Shown piece after piece: positions 39,661-51,494 of a stretch of DNA of 64,000 nucleotides (positions are counted from its first letter, which is position 1; the number at the start of each line of letters is the position of its first letter). The stretch is from IMG/VR virus record IMGVR_UViG_3300017971_000007; one strand, 5' to 3'. The notes beneath the pieces were generated by a model. It saw only the letters and a list, made by a program, of their open reading frames with translations, made no database searches and was not told where the DNA came from. This DNA comes from a virus. The position numbers were made by a program, and so were the translations under genes.

Positions 39661-41053
39661 ATGAGAGTAAAGGAAATTATCCAAACTGTTAAGGAGGGAG
39701 AGTACAGGAAGGCTGTATATTCTACTGTCATCGACTTCCTAAAAAGGTTTGTTAGTACAGACACGTTCAAACCAGAACAAGGAATACAAGCTCCGCACAT
39801 CTGCGGGGAGCTCATAGTCCCTGAATCATACATCGAGGACGTGATTGCGGAGCTGGAAAAAAAGATAAACGGAATAGACTCTGAGGTCTCAGAGCTCACT
39901 GGATTAGAAGTAGGTAAGGAGAAAAATGTCAAAAGCAAAAAGAAAGCCGCGAGGAAGAACAAGACCTCTAACCGCAAGACAGTCCGTTCGAAGTCAAAAC
40001 GAGGCCCTGTTTAAGCAATTCTCGGATATTATAAAACAGATGAACGAGAATCTGAGAAAGTTCGAGAAGAAGGTTATCGAATCGAACAAGGCCTTGTGGA
40101 ATAACCAATCCAAAATGAATAGCGGATTAAGGGCTTTCGAACATCATGTGATGATTATAAGAAGAGTCTTGAACGATCTCTGCTGCGACAAGACCGAGGG
40201 TACTACAAAAACTAGGATTTTGACTTCCTCAGATCTTGAGACCCCGTTACCAGATGACAACAGAAATGTTTGCCTTAATTGGGATTGGTACACGGATCAA
40301 ATCTATTTTGCCAAGGACCATAACGCTTTTATGTGCGGTCAAACAATTCCTGATGAGGAGTTGAAAGAGCTTCTTGATAGGGAAGTAATGAAATACTGGG
40401 TATCTGTGTGGGTACCTTTTCTCAATGAGCTACGGGAGAAGACTGACTCGGAGACAATGTCTAGGTATCTGGCCTCGGAGACAGACGAACAGTTTGATGA
40501 GCTTTTTGGATACGCCATAGGTTTGCTAAGTGAGAAGCGGAGGGTAACTGACGAGGATAAGGGATTCCTGAGGAAGTATCTTCCTTCGGCATTGAATACC
40601 GTCAGGGATATGATCGCGAAGGAAAAGAAAGCTGAAGAGGAAAAGAAGGCCGAGGAAGAAAGAAAAAAGGCTGAGCAAAAGGAATTGGAGGAGAGTGAGC
40701 GTGTACATGTGGAGAATCCAGAACAGGACCTGTCCAGTCAAATCATAGCTCTTCTGCAGGCCGGGAAAGATAAAGAGGCTAGAGAACTAATTGTTCAGCA
40801 GGAACAATCCAACAAATACGAGAGGGCGGAATTCAAGGTTCCAGAGGGAGCGACAGTGTTTGGAGGCGGTAATGGGTAAGAAAGTGACTAAAAGACAGCA
40901 TCCTGCTGGGCCGGCCAAGATAAGATGTTCTGGTTGTAAGCTGGGAGTGGCTGTTCTCACCCAAACCGCAGAAGGAAAATTCTACATCTGCAACAGATGC
41001 GGTAAAAAGTACTCAGTGTCTTCCTTCTAAGAAATCACAAAAAGGAGAATATT

Positions 41054-42091
41054 TTGGATCAGACAGAGAAAAATGTCATGAATACGTTTATACTTCATCA
41101 TAACGATTGGGATGGGTATGTATCGGCGTGGATCCTTAATAAAGAAATAGACAGTATTTTTGAGGATAAAGTAACAGGCGATATCTTCAAAGACGCTGCC
41201 GGACCCCACAAGATCTGGTCATTTCCAGTGAAATACGGTGATCACATCACGAAAATTGAGGAGTTGAATGATCGGCCAGATGCTCTGGTCTACATCCTGG
41301 ACTTCTCTTTCCCTTCAGACGAATTGTTCGAATTCGCGAAGAATAGGAGTGGGCTGGTAATTCTTCTGGACCATCATGTTAGTGCACGAGATAAATACTC
41401 TACCTATCTTCAGGAATTGGGGAAAGGTTTTAATATTTTTAATAGGACAGTGGAGATGGGGTTGAGATCGTACTGTACATATACGGACCTCAATTGCAGA
41501 ATCATATTCGAAGACGGCGTACCTGGATGTATAATGACTGCGGACTATCTGAACGGATTCCACCTGTCGTCAGGTCCTCCAGCAATCCCAACGTATTTGG
41601 CTGAGTACGTTGCAGAGCACGATCTGTATAAATTTGATCTCCCGCACTCAAAATCCATTAGGTCTGCATTCAGGAAATATCAATTATCCTTAGAATCGTG
41701 TGAGATCATGAATAATAGACTAGAGACTGAGTTCGGTGACGTAGTTCGTGAGGGAAAAGCTATCCGCGACTACATGGAGAGACTCAAGAAATCTGCCATA
41801 AGACGGGCTGAAGAAGTTACGATGAACGGTCTAACAGGTCTGATGACAGCGAACGTCCCAAACCAGGCATCGGATATAGCTCATCAGCTTGCTGTGGATT
41901 CTAAGGACGGTCTCGGGGTGTGTTGGTACAAGGAAAGAGGTAAAGATAGGGTCTGGCACTATGAGCTGAGGTCGGACGGAAGATTAAATGTGTCGAAGAT
42001 AGCGAAGCTGTACGGAGGAGGAGGTCATGTCCGCGCTGCTGGATTTACTAGTGAAAGACCTCCTACTTCATTCATACCCAAACAAAAATAG
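41054..42091 (+). CDS. DHH/DHHA1 family phosphoesterase
   Basis: HHNDWDG..SA, YILDFS, LLDHH, D(L)YKF, ELRS...IAKLYGGGGHVRAAGF. Confidence 0.9.
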   Translation: MDQTEKNVMNTFILHHNDWDGYVSAWILNKEIDSIFEDKVTGDIFKDAAGPHKIWSFPVKYGDHITKIEELNDRPDALVYILDFSFPSDELFEFAKNRSGLVILLDHHVSARDKYSTYLQELGKGFNIFNRTVEMGLRSYCTYTDLNCRIIFEDGVPGCIMTADYLNGFHLSSGPPAIPTYLAEYVAEHDLYKFDLPHSKSIRSAFRKYQLSLESCEIMNNRLETEFGDVVREGKAIRDYMERLKKSAIRRAEEVTMNGLTGLMTANVPNQASDIAHQLAVDSKDGLGVCWYKERGKDRVWHYELRSDGRLNVSKIAKLYGGGGHVRAAGFTSERPPTSFIPKQK

Positions 42092-42110
42092 TCCTAATTT
42101 CAGTATAAGA
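42083..42110 (+). promoter_or_regulatory. Phage promoter-like motif (variant)
   Basis: caaaaat-N12-AGTATAAGa upstream of ORF 42173. Confidence 0.5.
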
Positions 42111-42172
42111 TAGATGAATTCCTGAGTAACTTATTACTCAGGAATTCTTTTTTTCTAGAACAGGAGCGAAGA

Positions 42173-42415
42173 ATGGAAGATAAAATGGACGAACTTTTGT
42201 TATTCATGAACACCGGCCCTAAGGCTAGGAAGGAAGTAATAGACAGCGTAGGGGGTAGGATAGCAGAGATTGACTCTCTCTTGAGAGAGGCGAAGAAGTC
42301 TGGTTTGATAAAAGAGTCTGGAATGACGAAAGTACTCCCAGGCTCTGGAAAAGCTGTCAATACTTACGTTCTCACGGCTGATGGTGAGTCCAGAAACAGG
42401 AAAAGGAGAAGATGA
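42173..42415 (+). CDS. Small winged-helix protein
   Basis: LLREAKKSGLIKE...VNTYVLTADGE. Confidence 0.55.
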   Translation: MEDKMDELLLFMNTGPKARKEVIDSVGGRIAEIDSLLREAKKSGLIKESGMTKVLPGSGKAVNTYVLTADGESRNRKRRR

Positions 42416-42969
42416 TGGAAGTATCTGAAATACTGGCTCTGGTATTTGGGGGGATAGGGTTAGCGACAACTATCGTTATCTTGACCGTTCATCTGGTGAT
42501 TAAAAGGCAGTTGAACGCGGACAAGAAGAAGAACTTTCAGTGGGACCTTATATTAAATGTCGGTTTCGGGTATGTGAAGGTGAAATTGTCAAAACTGGTA
42601 TTCCCGATTTTATCCGAAGCGCTTTTCGTTGAGATTGTGGATAGGACCGTCTCTTTCTGGTCCCAGGAGCTTGGTATTCCCGAGGTGGTGCTTAGACGAA
42701 GACTTACGGCTTTAAGGATATTCTTTTACGATACAGAATATGTTCTAGCCGTCGGCTTAAAGAATTGCGGGGATTATTGGCCGAATCAACATGCGATAAG
42801 AATAGCTTCTCTGATTAAGGGCACTAGACAGACCAGTATCTTGAGGATAATCGGGCTGGTCGTTCATGAGCTCAGTCATGCCCTCACCTACGGATACATA
42901 GAGTCAGCCAAACAGGACAGTGAGTTCGAGAGGCGTGGATTGGAGAGGGTAGTCAATGATTTGGTATAA
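42412..42969 (+). CDS. Membrane-anchored HExxH metallopeptidase-like protein
   Basis: N-terminal TM; CGDY....IRIA....VVHELSHALT. Confidence 0.55.
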   Translation: MMEVSEILALVFGGIGLATTIVILTVHLVIKRQLNADKKKNFQWDLILNVGFGYVKVKLSKLVFPILSEALFVEIVDRTVSFWSQELGIPEVVLRRRLTALRIFFYDTEYVLAVGLKNCGDYWPNQHAIRIASLIKGTRQTSILRIIGLVVHELSHALTYGYIESAKQDSEFERRGLERVVNDLV

Positions 42970-44919
42970 GATGACTACGTTTAATGATGATATAGAGCTT
43001 CTCGAAGTCGTGAAAGAGACTCCGCATACAGTCACTGCCAAATTTGGTGGGGTAGCTCCGAAAAGGGTTCAAAAAGAGGGTGGATATTACTTTTTTGGAA
43101 GAACTAAGAAAGAGGTTTTGGAGAAGAAGTTGAAGAGAATGAGATCTAAGGCCTCGACTCTTCATTTTCAGATTTCATCTGAGGAGATGGACCTAGCCAG
43201 ACAAATAGATTTGATTAATGCTTTTCGCGAAAAATTCGAGGAGTATCTTATGTTAAAACCAGGAACCAAAGTTAGAATAAGGAAGAACGATGAGTACAAG
43301 GACGTGTTACTTAGAACCCGTGTTTTGTCGGTGTTGGCGAAGAATTCTGATAGTTCGAGGTTGGATTTTGATCCAACATTGTACATACCAGATGAATCGA
43401 TATACGGGAAGCAGGCCACGATAAAGGTAATGGACTCAAGAAAGAACCTATACGTTGTTGAGCTAGAGGATAAGTCACGGGTCAACATCCTTCCGGAATT
43501 CTTGGAGGAGGTGTATGAACTATGAATGAGGTCACGGACGTCCGTTTTCATCCTCCAATTTTTATGTCTTCAGATGTCGGTCGCATCCTAGAACTTAATA
43601 ACGCTTGTTTCATACCTAAAAAATGGTTTGTTCCTATCCATAATCTTAAGTATTTGGATTCGTATCAAGTACTTAAGAATCTGATTCGAACTACCCGCTT
43701 ATTCACCTACAAACTAGTTTATTTGCATTGTAAGGATAAGATGGTGCTTCGGTTTATCGTTGAATTATGTATAAACGCAGAAATAGGATTTACTAAGATC
43801 GAGCAGGCAATATACTCGTTCATAAGCAGAAAATGTTATGAGCCATCTGAGACCACCTCTTATAAGATAAAAAAGGTCAAACCTGATGGAGGACTTAAGG
43901 TAGAAAGATTATGAAAGCAGTTGCTATTACGTCAATTATTATTGTGATACTCATATTAATCGGTTTTTGTGTACGCGCTAGAATTGTGGAGAATGAGAGA
44001 ATAACAGAATGTTGTAGACTAGAGTGTGGGAGAGTGATTCAAGACCTTGTTGGGGTTAGATATAGGCATAAGGATTATTATTCTACTGCTGGGGATAAGA
44101 TAGTTACTTGCTATTGCTTATTAGATACCGGTCCGCCGATTGTGGTAAGATTCAATGACAGCGGGTCCCCGACCTGTGTGGGAGGAGAGAATGAGTTTGA
44201 TGAAGCATTTAACAACAGATCAGCTAGTTTCTATTTCTGAAACCTGTAAGACCAATCCGAATAGGGGGATGATAGGAGAATTCAAGGCCTTTCTTGTTGG
44301 AATGAGGGTTGATGCTGAGCTACTAAAAAGAAAAATCGACTCGTTCCATTCCAGAATAAACGAGTTCGAGAAGAGAATCGCAGATTTTGAAGGAGAAGAT
44401 GATGGCAAAATGTCCACACTGCGGGAGCAACGGATATCAGGGTCTCACTAGTTTTGAGTGCGATACTCCGGGATGTCAGAATTTTTCTGGTGTCAAGTCT
44501 GAACCGGTGCATGTTGTTTATCTTGACATCCCATATCCATTAGGACGTTTGAAGTCTTTTAGTGTGAAAGAGTTCGAACGCTACAAACGACGTTCTATTA
44601 TGTCCTTGATGGGATTAGAGGAAGGGCTCCTTGTTGATCACAAACCTTCCAAAGGTTCTTGTGAATTCAGTAAACCGGAATTTGTGGGAAAGTTTCCTTA
44701 TCCATCGAAGTCCATCTCACCTCATCTTGAGTCCACAAGCAGACTTCGCGATGAAGAGATCTTCAAACTTCCTGCTAGAGCCTACAGACTTCAGGCCAGA
44801 AATGAAATGGCCGTGGCGATACTCTCTAATTTGAGACCTGGATTTCCTACCAAGAAGTAAATTCAGACCGATTCGAGAATAGGGGACGGATGTCTCCTAT
44901 TCTTTATCCTGGAGGTGTT

Positions 44920-45171
44920 ATGACCAAAAAACCGGCTAGGTTTCGGTTTAAAGACGAGTCAATTAAGACCAGAGTCCAATTTGATATGAGCTCGGATGAA
45001 GTGAATGCATTGAACGAGTTCTCGAAGTGTAGGAACAGTAACAGAACGAATACAATCAAAGACGCCATAAAACTTTTGATCGAAGTACATAGATTAGAGC
45101 GGGAGTTTGGAGGAGGGAGGTTGGTGTACAGAACTGAAAAAGGTGAGGACGTCATTTTGGTGATTCTATAG
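44920..45171 (+). CDS. Ribbon-helix-helix (CopG-like) regulator
   Basis: TRVQFDMSSDEVNALNEF.....RTNTIKDAIKLL...GGRLVY; GGAGG RBS; upstream hairpin 44876-44903. Confidence 0.7.
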   Translation: MTKKPARFRFKDESIKTRVQFDMSSDEVNALNEFSKCRNSNRTNTIKDAIKLLIEVHRLEREFGGGRLVYRTEKGEDVILVIL

Positions 45172-45812
45172 GAGGAGTCATGAAAGTTTACGTTGTTTTC
45201 GCACTGAGCGGAGGTATTCCGAATAATAGATGGATAATTGGGGTTCATCCATTTAAGTTTCTCGCTGAATTTCATAGAAAATTAGCCGCGGTCTATTACT
45301 CCAGGGTCTTGTCTGAGATCATGTCCGAGATCGTACCCTCTGATGACCGTCCTCTTAGAAGGTACCTTCATCCCGACGAGATTGCAAAAGTAAAATGGCA
45401 TCTGAAAGGAGGAAGTAACCCAGCAGATCGTCTACTATCTGATAGATTTGACGGTACTCCCGTCATATATGTCGTGGAGGTAATGTCCTTAGTGGATATC
45501 AGATGGTACTTCTGGTCCACACTTTCTTATTTAATGGAAAGATTTTTGTTTGAAGCCAACCTTTAGCAGAATTCCGTGCCCGGTATGTGGATGCAAGAAA
45601 TTCTACCGAATAGAAATGGAACTATGTCGCGTTCCGCATAGTGATACACATTTCGAAGTATTTATGTACCGGTATCACAAATTTACCCCCTTACTGTCTG
45701 TAAGACTTCCGGATTATATCTGGGAGTCTATGATAAGAGCTTTTAGAGGTAGTGATATCCTAATAGGAGATCAATGCTTCAGATGTGAAACTATTTTCTC
45801 GTAGGAGGACCG

Positions 45813-45902
45813 ATGAAAGACATAGGTTTGTTTTTGCTTTTGATTTTGTTGGTGGCATTTGCAGTAATTGTGTATCACGGCGTAACTGGAGAGAAGAAAT
45901 GA
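45813..45902 (+). CDS. 29-aa single-TM peptide (not in ORF track)
   Basis: AGGAGG RBS; MKDIGLFLLLILLVAFAVIVYHGVTGEKK*; ATGA-coupled to the TM protein 45899-46165. Confidence 0.6.
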   Translation: MKDIGLFLLLILLVAFAVIVYHGVTGEKK

Positions 45903-46171
45903 TAAGCGTATTCTGGTTTATCCCGATATCAGTAATCACGGTGATTCTGTCTGTCCTCGGGGCATGTGTGGGATATTCTTATGGGTTGGATACTCTTAAG
46001 AAAGCGTCATTATGTGCCAAAAGATTGATTAATGGCGGAGATATTGATGCGGCATTTAGTGTCATAGATGCTGCTAGCAGTATAAGAAATGGAGAAGAAC
46101 ATAAAACTTTCAACAAAAGATTAGAACTTATGCTTGCCAGTATCACCGACGAGGAATCCAAATAGTTTGAA

Positions 46172-46219
46172 TGAGCGGCGAAAGCCGCTCAAAAATAATA
46201 TTTTTTTAGGTATAAGAAA
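46172..46219 (+). promoter_or_regulatory. GNRA hairpin followed by phage promoter-like motif
   Basis: tgagcggc-gaaa-gccgctca, then aaaaat-N12-GGTATAAGaaa upstream of ATG 46241. Confidence 0.6.
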
Positions 46220-47338
46220 TGTATCTGAAAGGAGAAGAATATGTCTGAAGAATTTCGAAAGAAAATGATTGAGGAGCTGAAGAACAGATATCCTAGTGAT
46301 GAGTCAGGACTTTGGGCTATCTGTGACTGGATGGGCGATTACTTTATGTTCATAGATGGTCGTCACGAGGATGTCCTAAATTACGCTGTTACTCTCGGTG
46401 AATTCTCAGCTAATAATGGTATGTTCGGGTACATTGATAAGCTGGATGTAAAGAAATTAGGCCCTGTCACGAATGAGGGAAGAGCTCTTCAGATGTTGCG
46501 AGAGAGAATGAGGGAAACTGCGGTCGAGGACACAGGTTATGATGAGGTGATAAGTTCCGAGACATTAGTTAATGACCTCATTGATACCGCGGCATCTGCG
46601 ATGGTTGGGGTTGAAAATATTCTTTCAGAGGAGGAGAACGAATGAAAGCGGTTCTATTCTTCGGGATCAGTTTAACTGATTCAGAAGAAATGAAAAAGAT
46701 GTCTGGCATTTTCCTATCTCACAACAGGTACGTAACTGCAATCCCGAGACTTGAGCTTCTGTCTCTATACGTCAAGGATAACGATAATGTCGGGATCCTA
46801 TACGACTACAATGAGTACAGAGAAAATAGGATGCTCCGTTATTTGTACATCAAAGAAAGTGTACAACATATAAATGAGTTTAAATCAGTTTCTATATCCC
46901 GTGAGAGTGAATTATGGGGGCCTCAGTTATCCGAGGCTCTTACGAGGGTAGGAGCTGACTTATCTAGATTTCAAAATCCGTGTCATCACATAGTTATCTC
47001 CAATTTTGTAAATCTGTAATTTTCAAACCTCTCCCCCCATTTGGGGGGAGAGGTCATGGAGTGCCTATGAAACTATTTAAAATAGGGACTGGTTTTACCG
47101 TAGTAGAGGTAATTGTTTCGAAAGAAACAGATGATTTAGTTCATCTGAAATCTGGTGGAGTTTGGAAGAAAAACACGGAGTCGTACGGTTTCTTCAGAAC
47201 CAGAATAGAAGCTGTTGAGTGGGGAATTAGCAAGATTGAAAAGAGATTAGCCGAAATTTCCGAGTCAATTGAGAAATTAGAGCGTGAAGTAAGGGAATTC
47301 AGAGGGTATCTGGATAATTTGAAGAGAGGAGAGCGAAA

Positions 47339-49633
47339 ATGATTAAGTTGGAAGAGGAAAGTCTAAATTTGTACTATCTTCGTGCAGGTGAGTTTTCCAG
47401 CGATTACATTGACGTCACATTGCCAACTAAAGATAACATCAAGGTCGTTGATAAATTTCTCAGCGACTTGATGGAGTTCAACTATTCCGACAAATGTGAC
47501 CAGAAACTTGATAAGGCGGATGCCATAAACCTTATCTACAAAGCTCTCAAGGTGGAGTTAACAACGTTTTTCGCGGTCTTAATGAGGAAATTATGGGTCA
47601 GGCCTGATGCATATAGGTTCGACGCTAATTCTGTAAGGACCGAAATCTATGAGGCGATGATTCAGAGAAGTAACAGATTGGCAGAAATAGCCTGCTCCTG
47701 GAAAAGTGGGTGGTCGGCGTTAGAGGAAGTCGAATTCACTATCAATTACAAGAGAGACGACGAGGACGAGGATAAGCTGTATGAAGCAGGTCTTATGTTC
47801 AAGGGCCAGTCTCTTAAGAACTGGTACCTGGACCTAGATGCTACGACCAAGTGCCTGGTGACCAGCATCAAGCACTTTCTCAATGAATGCTGGGATGAAC
47901 TGAAAGAAAAAGGTTGGAAAGGGGACCAGAAACAACTTCTCCGTCTTTTCAATGAGGCAGTCCATCATGCAACAAGTCCGAGGTTAAGTGAGGTCATGGA
48001 GATTGTTTACAACGAGCGCAGAGATTCTCTCGAATTCTATATAGAGCGGCCAGATCTCGTACATTTCAGGTTCTGTTGTTCTATCAATAACGGTGGAAGG
48101 TTCTGTCATCTATGTTCTCCTCAAATGAACCTGAACCACGGTCTCCGGTCAGGGAAGGTAATTGAGAAGTTGGAGACTTTCTGCCATCAGGTACTGGGGG
48201 AATCAGAGGACCGTAATCTGGAAGTAGAAACTATATTCATGGGGGTCGTGGATGCCATGCGAAAAACCGGGCGCACGGAGTTAGTGAGATATGCCGACGA
48301 TGCCGAGACTTTTCTAAAAACGGGAAAAGTTCCAGAACCTGAGCCAATTAAATTGCCGAGGGAGCTGGGTGAGGTTCTCAGTACGCAGATTGTTCATACC
48401 GAGGATAATTGTTATATCAGTACCTCACTAGAAAAATTCGGCACCATGAGCTCTTCACTAATAACTCCCAGTACATCTATCTTCGAAATCGATGAGCTTA
48501 TCTATGACCATTCAAAGTCCGTCTATCACGCCATAACAGGACTGGGGATGACATACGGACTAGATGATGTTTATAGGTACTTGTTAAAATTTGCCGAGGA
48601 ATCTGATTCCAGTTTCCTATCAGAAGCCGCCAAAACATGTTTGACGGTGAGGACGTATCTAAATAATACCTGCTCGCCGAACAAGATAGACCTTCACGCG
48701 GAAGTGACGCTTCATAATATGACAATAGAGGGGAAGCTGACGTTGATGTTGGGCGAAATTCCAGCCGATGTAATGGCTACCCGTCTCATGAAAGCCTTCC
48801 GTGACCACTTCCATTCCATTCCGTATGAAAACTTCGTGCTTCTCAGGACCTCAGCTTACAGGACCTTGATGAACTCATCGATAACGAAATTAGTGGATAT
48901 AGGCCGTTCTCTTAAAGATCTAGTCCATAAAGAGGATCACGAAATTTCTGTAAAGAAAGGCGTTTCTCTTGAGAATTCTGATACCGAGGAATTAGATACC
49001 AAGAAATTGGACTCTGTACCTGATTCTTTGAAGGAGTCAGTGGGTTTTGATGTGGCTCTAAAAAATTCAGAGCCTGTTTTAATTTGTGACCTGTACGTCG
49101 AAACTCCTTTTTCTGTGGAATCAAAGGCCGTGGACTTAAATAATGCAGGTTCAGTGATAGAAGAGTTCATTACCGAAATCCAAAGCAGCTTGAGACGATT
49201 CGGACGAGTATTTGAGAAGGACTCAATCAGAGAACTTATGGCCCGTACTTACGAAACGGATAAGGATACAGACGCCGAAGATATTTTTGGGGAGAACTTG
49301 GTGAAGCTAGTCAATTTCATCAGGAACCCAAAAAATTTAGAGCCTGAGAACACGAACCTGACGTTCTCGGCGAATGTGGATTCAGATGGAAACAAACGTC
49401 TGGTTTGTGATATTGACTTCGAGGATCATTTCTGTACTATCCAAACTCATCCCGTTACACCTAAAAACGCTAGTGATCGAATCAAGTCTTTCATCTCCGA
49501 CATCTACAACGAGTTGTACAGCAGCAGAACCGAACATCCGACCTACGACCAGATTCTGGAGCAGTTTCTTGAGAGTTGTGACGGAGACAGTATCAAGTCC
49601 GTGTTTCCTGACATAAACCAGTTCATTGCCTGA
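47339..49633 (+). CDS. Large hypothetical protein (764 aa) with internal repeated domains
   Basis: LICDLYVETPF.VES..V...NA...IEEFITEI versus LVCDIDFEDHF.TIQT..V...NA...IKSFISDI. Confidence 0.6.
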   Translation: MIKLEEESLNLYYLRAGEFSSDYIDVTLPTKDNIKVVDKFLSDLMEFNYSDKCDQKLDKADAINLIYKALKVELTTFFAVLMRKLWVRPDAYRFDANSVRTEIYEAMIQRSNRLAEIACSWKSGWSALEEVEFTINYKRDDEDEDKLYEAGLMFKGQSLKNWYLDLDATTKCLVTSIKHFLNECWDELKEKGWKGDQKQLLRLFNEAVHHATSPRLSEVMEIVYNERRDSLEFYIERPDLVHFRFCCSINNGGRFCHLCSPQMNLNHGLRSGKVIEKLETFCHQVLGESEDRNLEVETIFMGVVDAMRKTGRTELVRYADDAETFLKTGKVPEPEPIKLPRELGEVLSTQIVHTEDNCYISTSLEKFGTMSSSLITPSTSIFEIDELIYDHSKSVYHAITGLGMTYGLDDVYRYLLKFAEESDSSFLSEAAKTCLTVRTYLNNTCSPNKIDLHAEVTLHNMTIEGKLTLMLGEIPADVMATRLMKAFRDHFHSIPYENFVLLRTSAYRTLMNSSITKLVDIGRSLKDLVHKEDHEISVKKGVSLENSDTEELDTKKLDSVPDSLKESVGFDVALKNSEPVLICDLYVETPFSVESKAVDLNNAGSVIEEFITEIQSSLRRFGRVFEKDSIRELMARTYETDKDTDAEDIFGENLVKLVNFIRNPKNLEPENTNLTFSANVDSDGNKRLVCDIDFEDHFCTIQTHPVTPKNASDRIKSFISDIYNELYSSRTEHPTYDQILEQFLESCDGDSIKSVFPDINQFIA

Positions 49634-49814
49634 AAAATGATTACGATGTGGACCCGATAAAGAAACTCGGTTCCTAATCCGCGTAGTTTGAATTTCCCGG
49701 CTGAGAATGAAATCCAGTGCAATACAGATTCTATATTCAACGAGTTCCCCAAGGACATGGATGGTGATTCAGATACCATGAGAGTGTTCTGGAGGAACTT
49801 GTATAGGAGGACCG

Positions 49815-50366
49815 ATGAGAAGAATCTTGATTCTGACACTGCTACTCTGCGCGTGCGCAGAAGGGAAACCAGTTTACGTCGTTGATTCCGCTGTTGATTC
49901 CGCTGTTGAGGATGCGGGAAAGGTTCACTATGTCGATTCAGGAATTAACGCGGATGTATCAACTGAAGTAGACTCCAGTGACAGCAGTCCTAAACCGGGT
50001 TGTGAGAGCGACATAGGAGGATGTTGGAAACCATTCGAGTACGAGTACTACGGTGAGAACCATCTGGTAAGCGGTTCTCACATGATGGAACTTGAGAGAA
50101 TTGATTGCGGCCTGTACTCAGAGGTCTTGACCGGACCTTTTCATGTCTTCGAAAACCGTGGTTGTGAAAGGAGGGAGTATCTTCTCAAACTAGAAGATGA
50201 CCTGGTTATCATGAGGGAGATGCTATACGATGCCGGGTGCGAGGAAGTGAAGTCCAGTCACATGAGAATGTTTGTGGTTGATTCGGTGTTGTACCGAGTC
50301 ATTTTCCCTGATGATTGTCTTTGCGACCCCGAGATTCTGAAGTACAGGAGGGTTGGTTGTAGGTAG
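49815..50366 (+). CDS. Putative lipoprotein
   Basis: MRRILILTLLLCAC lipobox; DSAVDSAVEDAG...DSG linker; Cys-rich domain; AGGAGG RBS. Confidence 0.7.
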   Translation: MRRILILTLLLCACAEGKPVYVVDSAVDSAVEDAGKVHYVDSGINADVSTEVDSSDSSPKPGCESDIGGCWKPFEYEYYGENHLVSGSHMMELERIDCGLYSEVLTGPFHVFENRGCERREYLLKLEDDLVIMREMLYDAGCEEVKSSHMRMFVVDSVLYRVIFPDDCLCDPEILKYRRVGCR

Positions 50367-50407
50367 CTAAAAAAAGTGGAAGGGAGTCCTTCCACTTTTT
50401 TTAGCTA
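50364..50407. terminator. Bidirectional terminator at the main strand convergence point
   Basis: Perfect 20-bp arms tagctaaaaaaagtggaagg-gagt-ccttccactttttttagcta, including both TAG stop codons. Confidence 0.9.
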
Positions 50408-51494
50408 TTCCGTGATCACGGTCATCAACGTCTCAATCTGAGATGTTGTTCTTTTGATTTCCTTCTCAATCAGCTCATTTATTTTATTATAGGTAGCCGC
50501 CTCCGCCACCAGCTCCTCCTTCATCTCTGCTGTAATTCCTCGTCTGTTCGCCTCGTAAATGCTTCTGGCGTGCGCATTCCTGATGATTCTCATGGCACTA
50601 AGAAGTCCGGGGATTCTTGCTATCTCATCATTCATTTTTTCCTCCGCGGTAGCTCCAGTTGCACGCACTCCTCGTTACGACGTCCTTTGCACAAGATAGT
50701 TGTCTGTTTGTTAGAGGATGTAACTGAGCCATCTAAACCGGTTTCTATCTCTGTGATATGCTCGATGTGGAAATCACGGATATCAACATCAAACGAGTAC
50801 GCTATCAGATAATCAGGGGTCTCGAATTCCACAATGACCGTGATTTTGGTCGTCATGACCGGTATCTGTATGGAACTCTTGATCGTGTTTTCTCTCAGGG
50901 CTTTTATTAATACAGGAGTCCCGAGGTCACTCATCTCTCCTCCGTCTCTTCGTTCTCGCTTCTCGGACCCCAGCCAATGGTTTCGAATTCCCTTATCTCG
51001 CTTAGGATATGTTGGCAGGCTTCGATAATTTGCTCGTATGCTCTCTTTTGCTTACTGAAGTCCGCATTCGCCAGTCTCTTTGCTTTGAGTTCTCTGTCGA
51101 TGGTAGAAACTTCCACCCCATCGAAAAGCCGTAATTTGACAATCTTCGATCTAGTGTATGGGTCTTGAGATACGGGAGTTGTAATTTGCGCGCTTACGAA
51201 CTCCGTGTGCTCGGCACCTTCTAGAAACTGTTTCATTTTACATCCTTGTTGTCTTGTGATAGGATGGCATCAATTGATGCCATCCTGAGATCTACTTAGT
51301 TATTCCAACAAACCCAACGGGGTTCCCGTTGGAGTCACGTAATTTATCGTCCTCCTCCAACTCCTTACAGATACACTGTTCGCTACGTTCGAGTTGACCG
51401 AGAATTTTGCCGGGGACCTTATCCAATATTTTTTTCAGCTCCATGTAAATGTCTTGAAAGGCTTCGCCACTACAATCTATATCTATCCTCACTC

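Larger units (their letters stand above)
21603..50366 (+). other. Co-oriented block of many short hypothetical phage genes (those not listed individually)
   Basis: Head-to-tail + strand ORFs with GGAG RBSs and frequent ATGA overlaps; minus-strand ORFs here are shadows. Confidence 0.8.

Noticed and set aside
42963-42970. GGTATAAG at the 42412/42956 gene overlap (and GATATAAG near 11191)
   Set aside because: Within coding sequence; the 42963 copy lacks the upstream A-tract and the 11191 copy has 13-nt spacing, so neither was counted as a promoter
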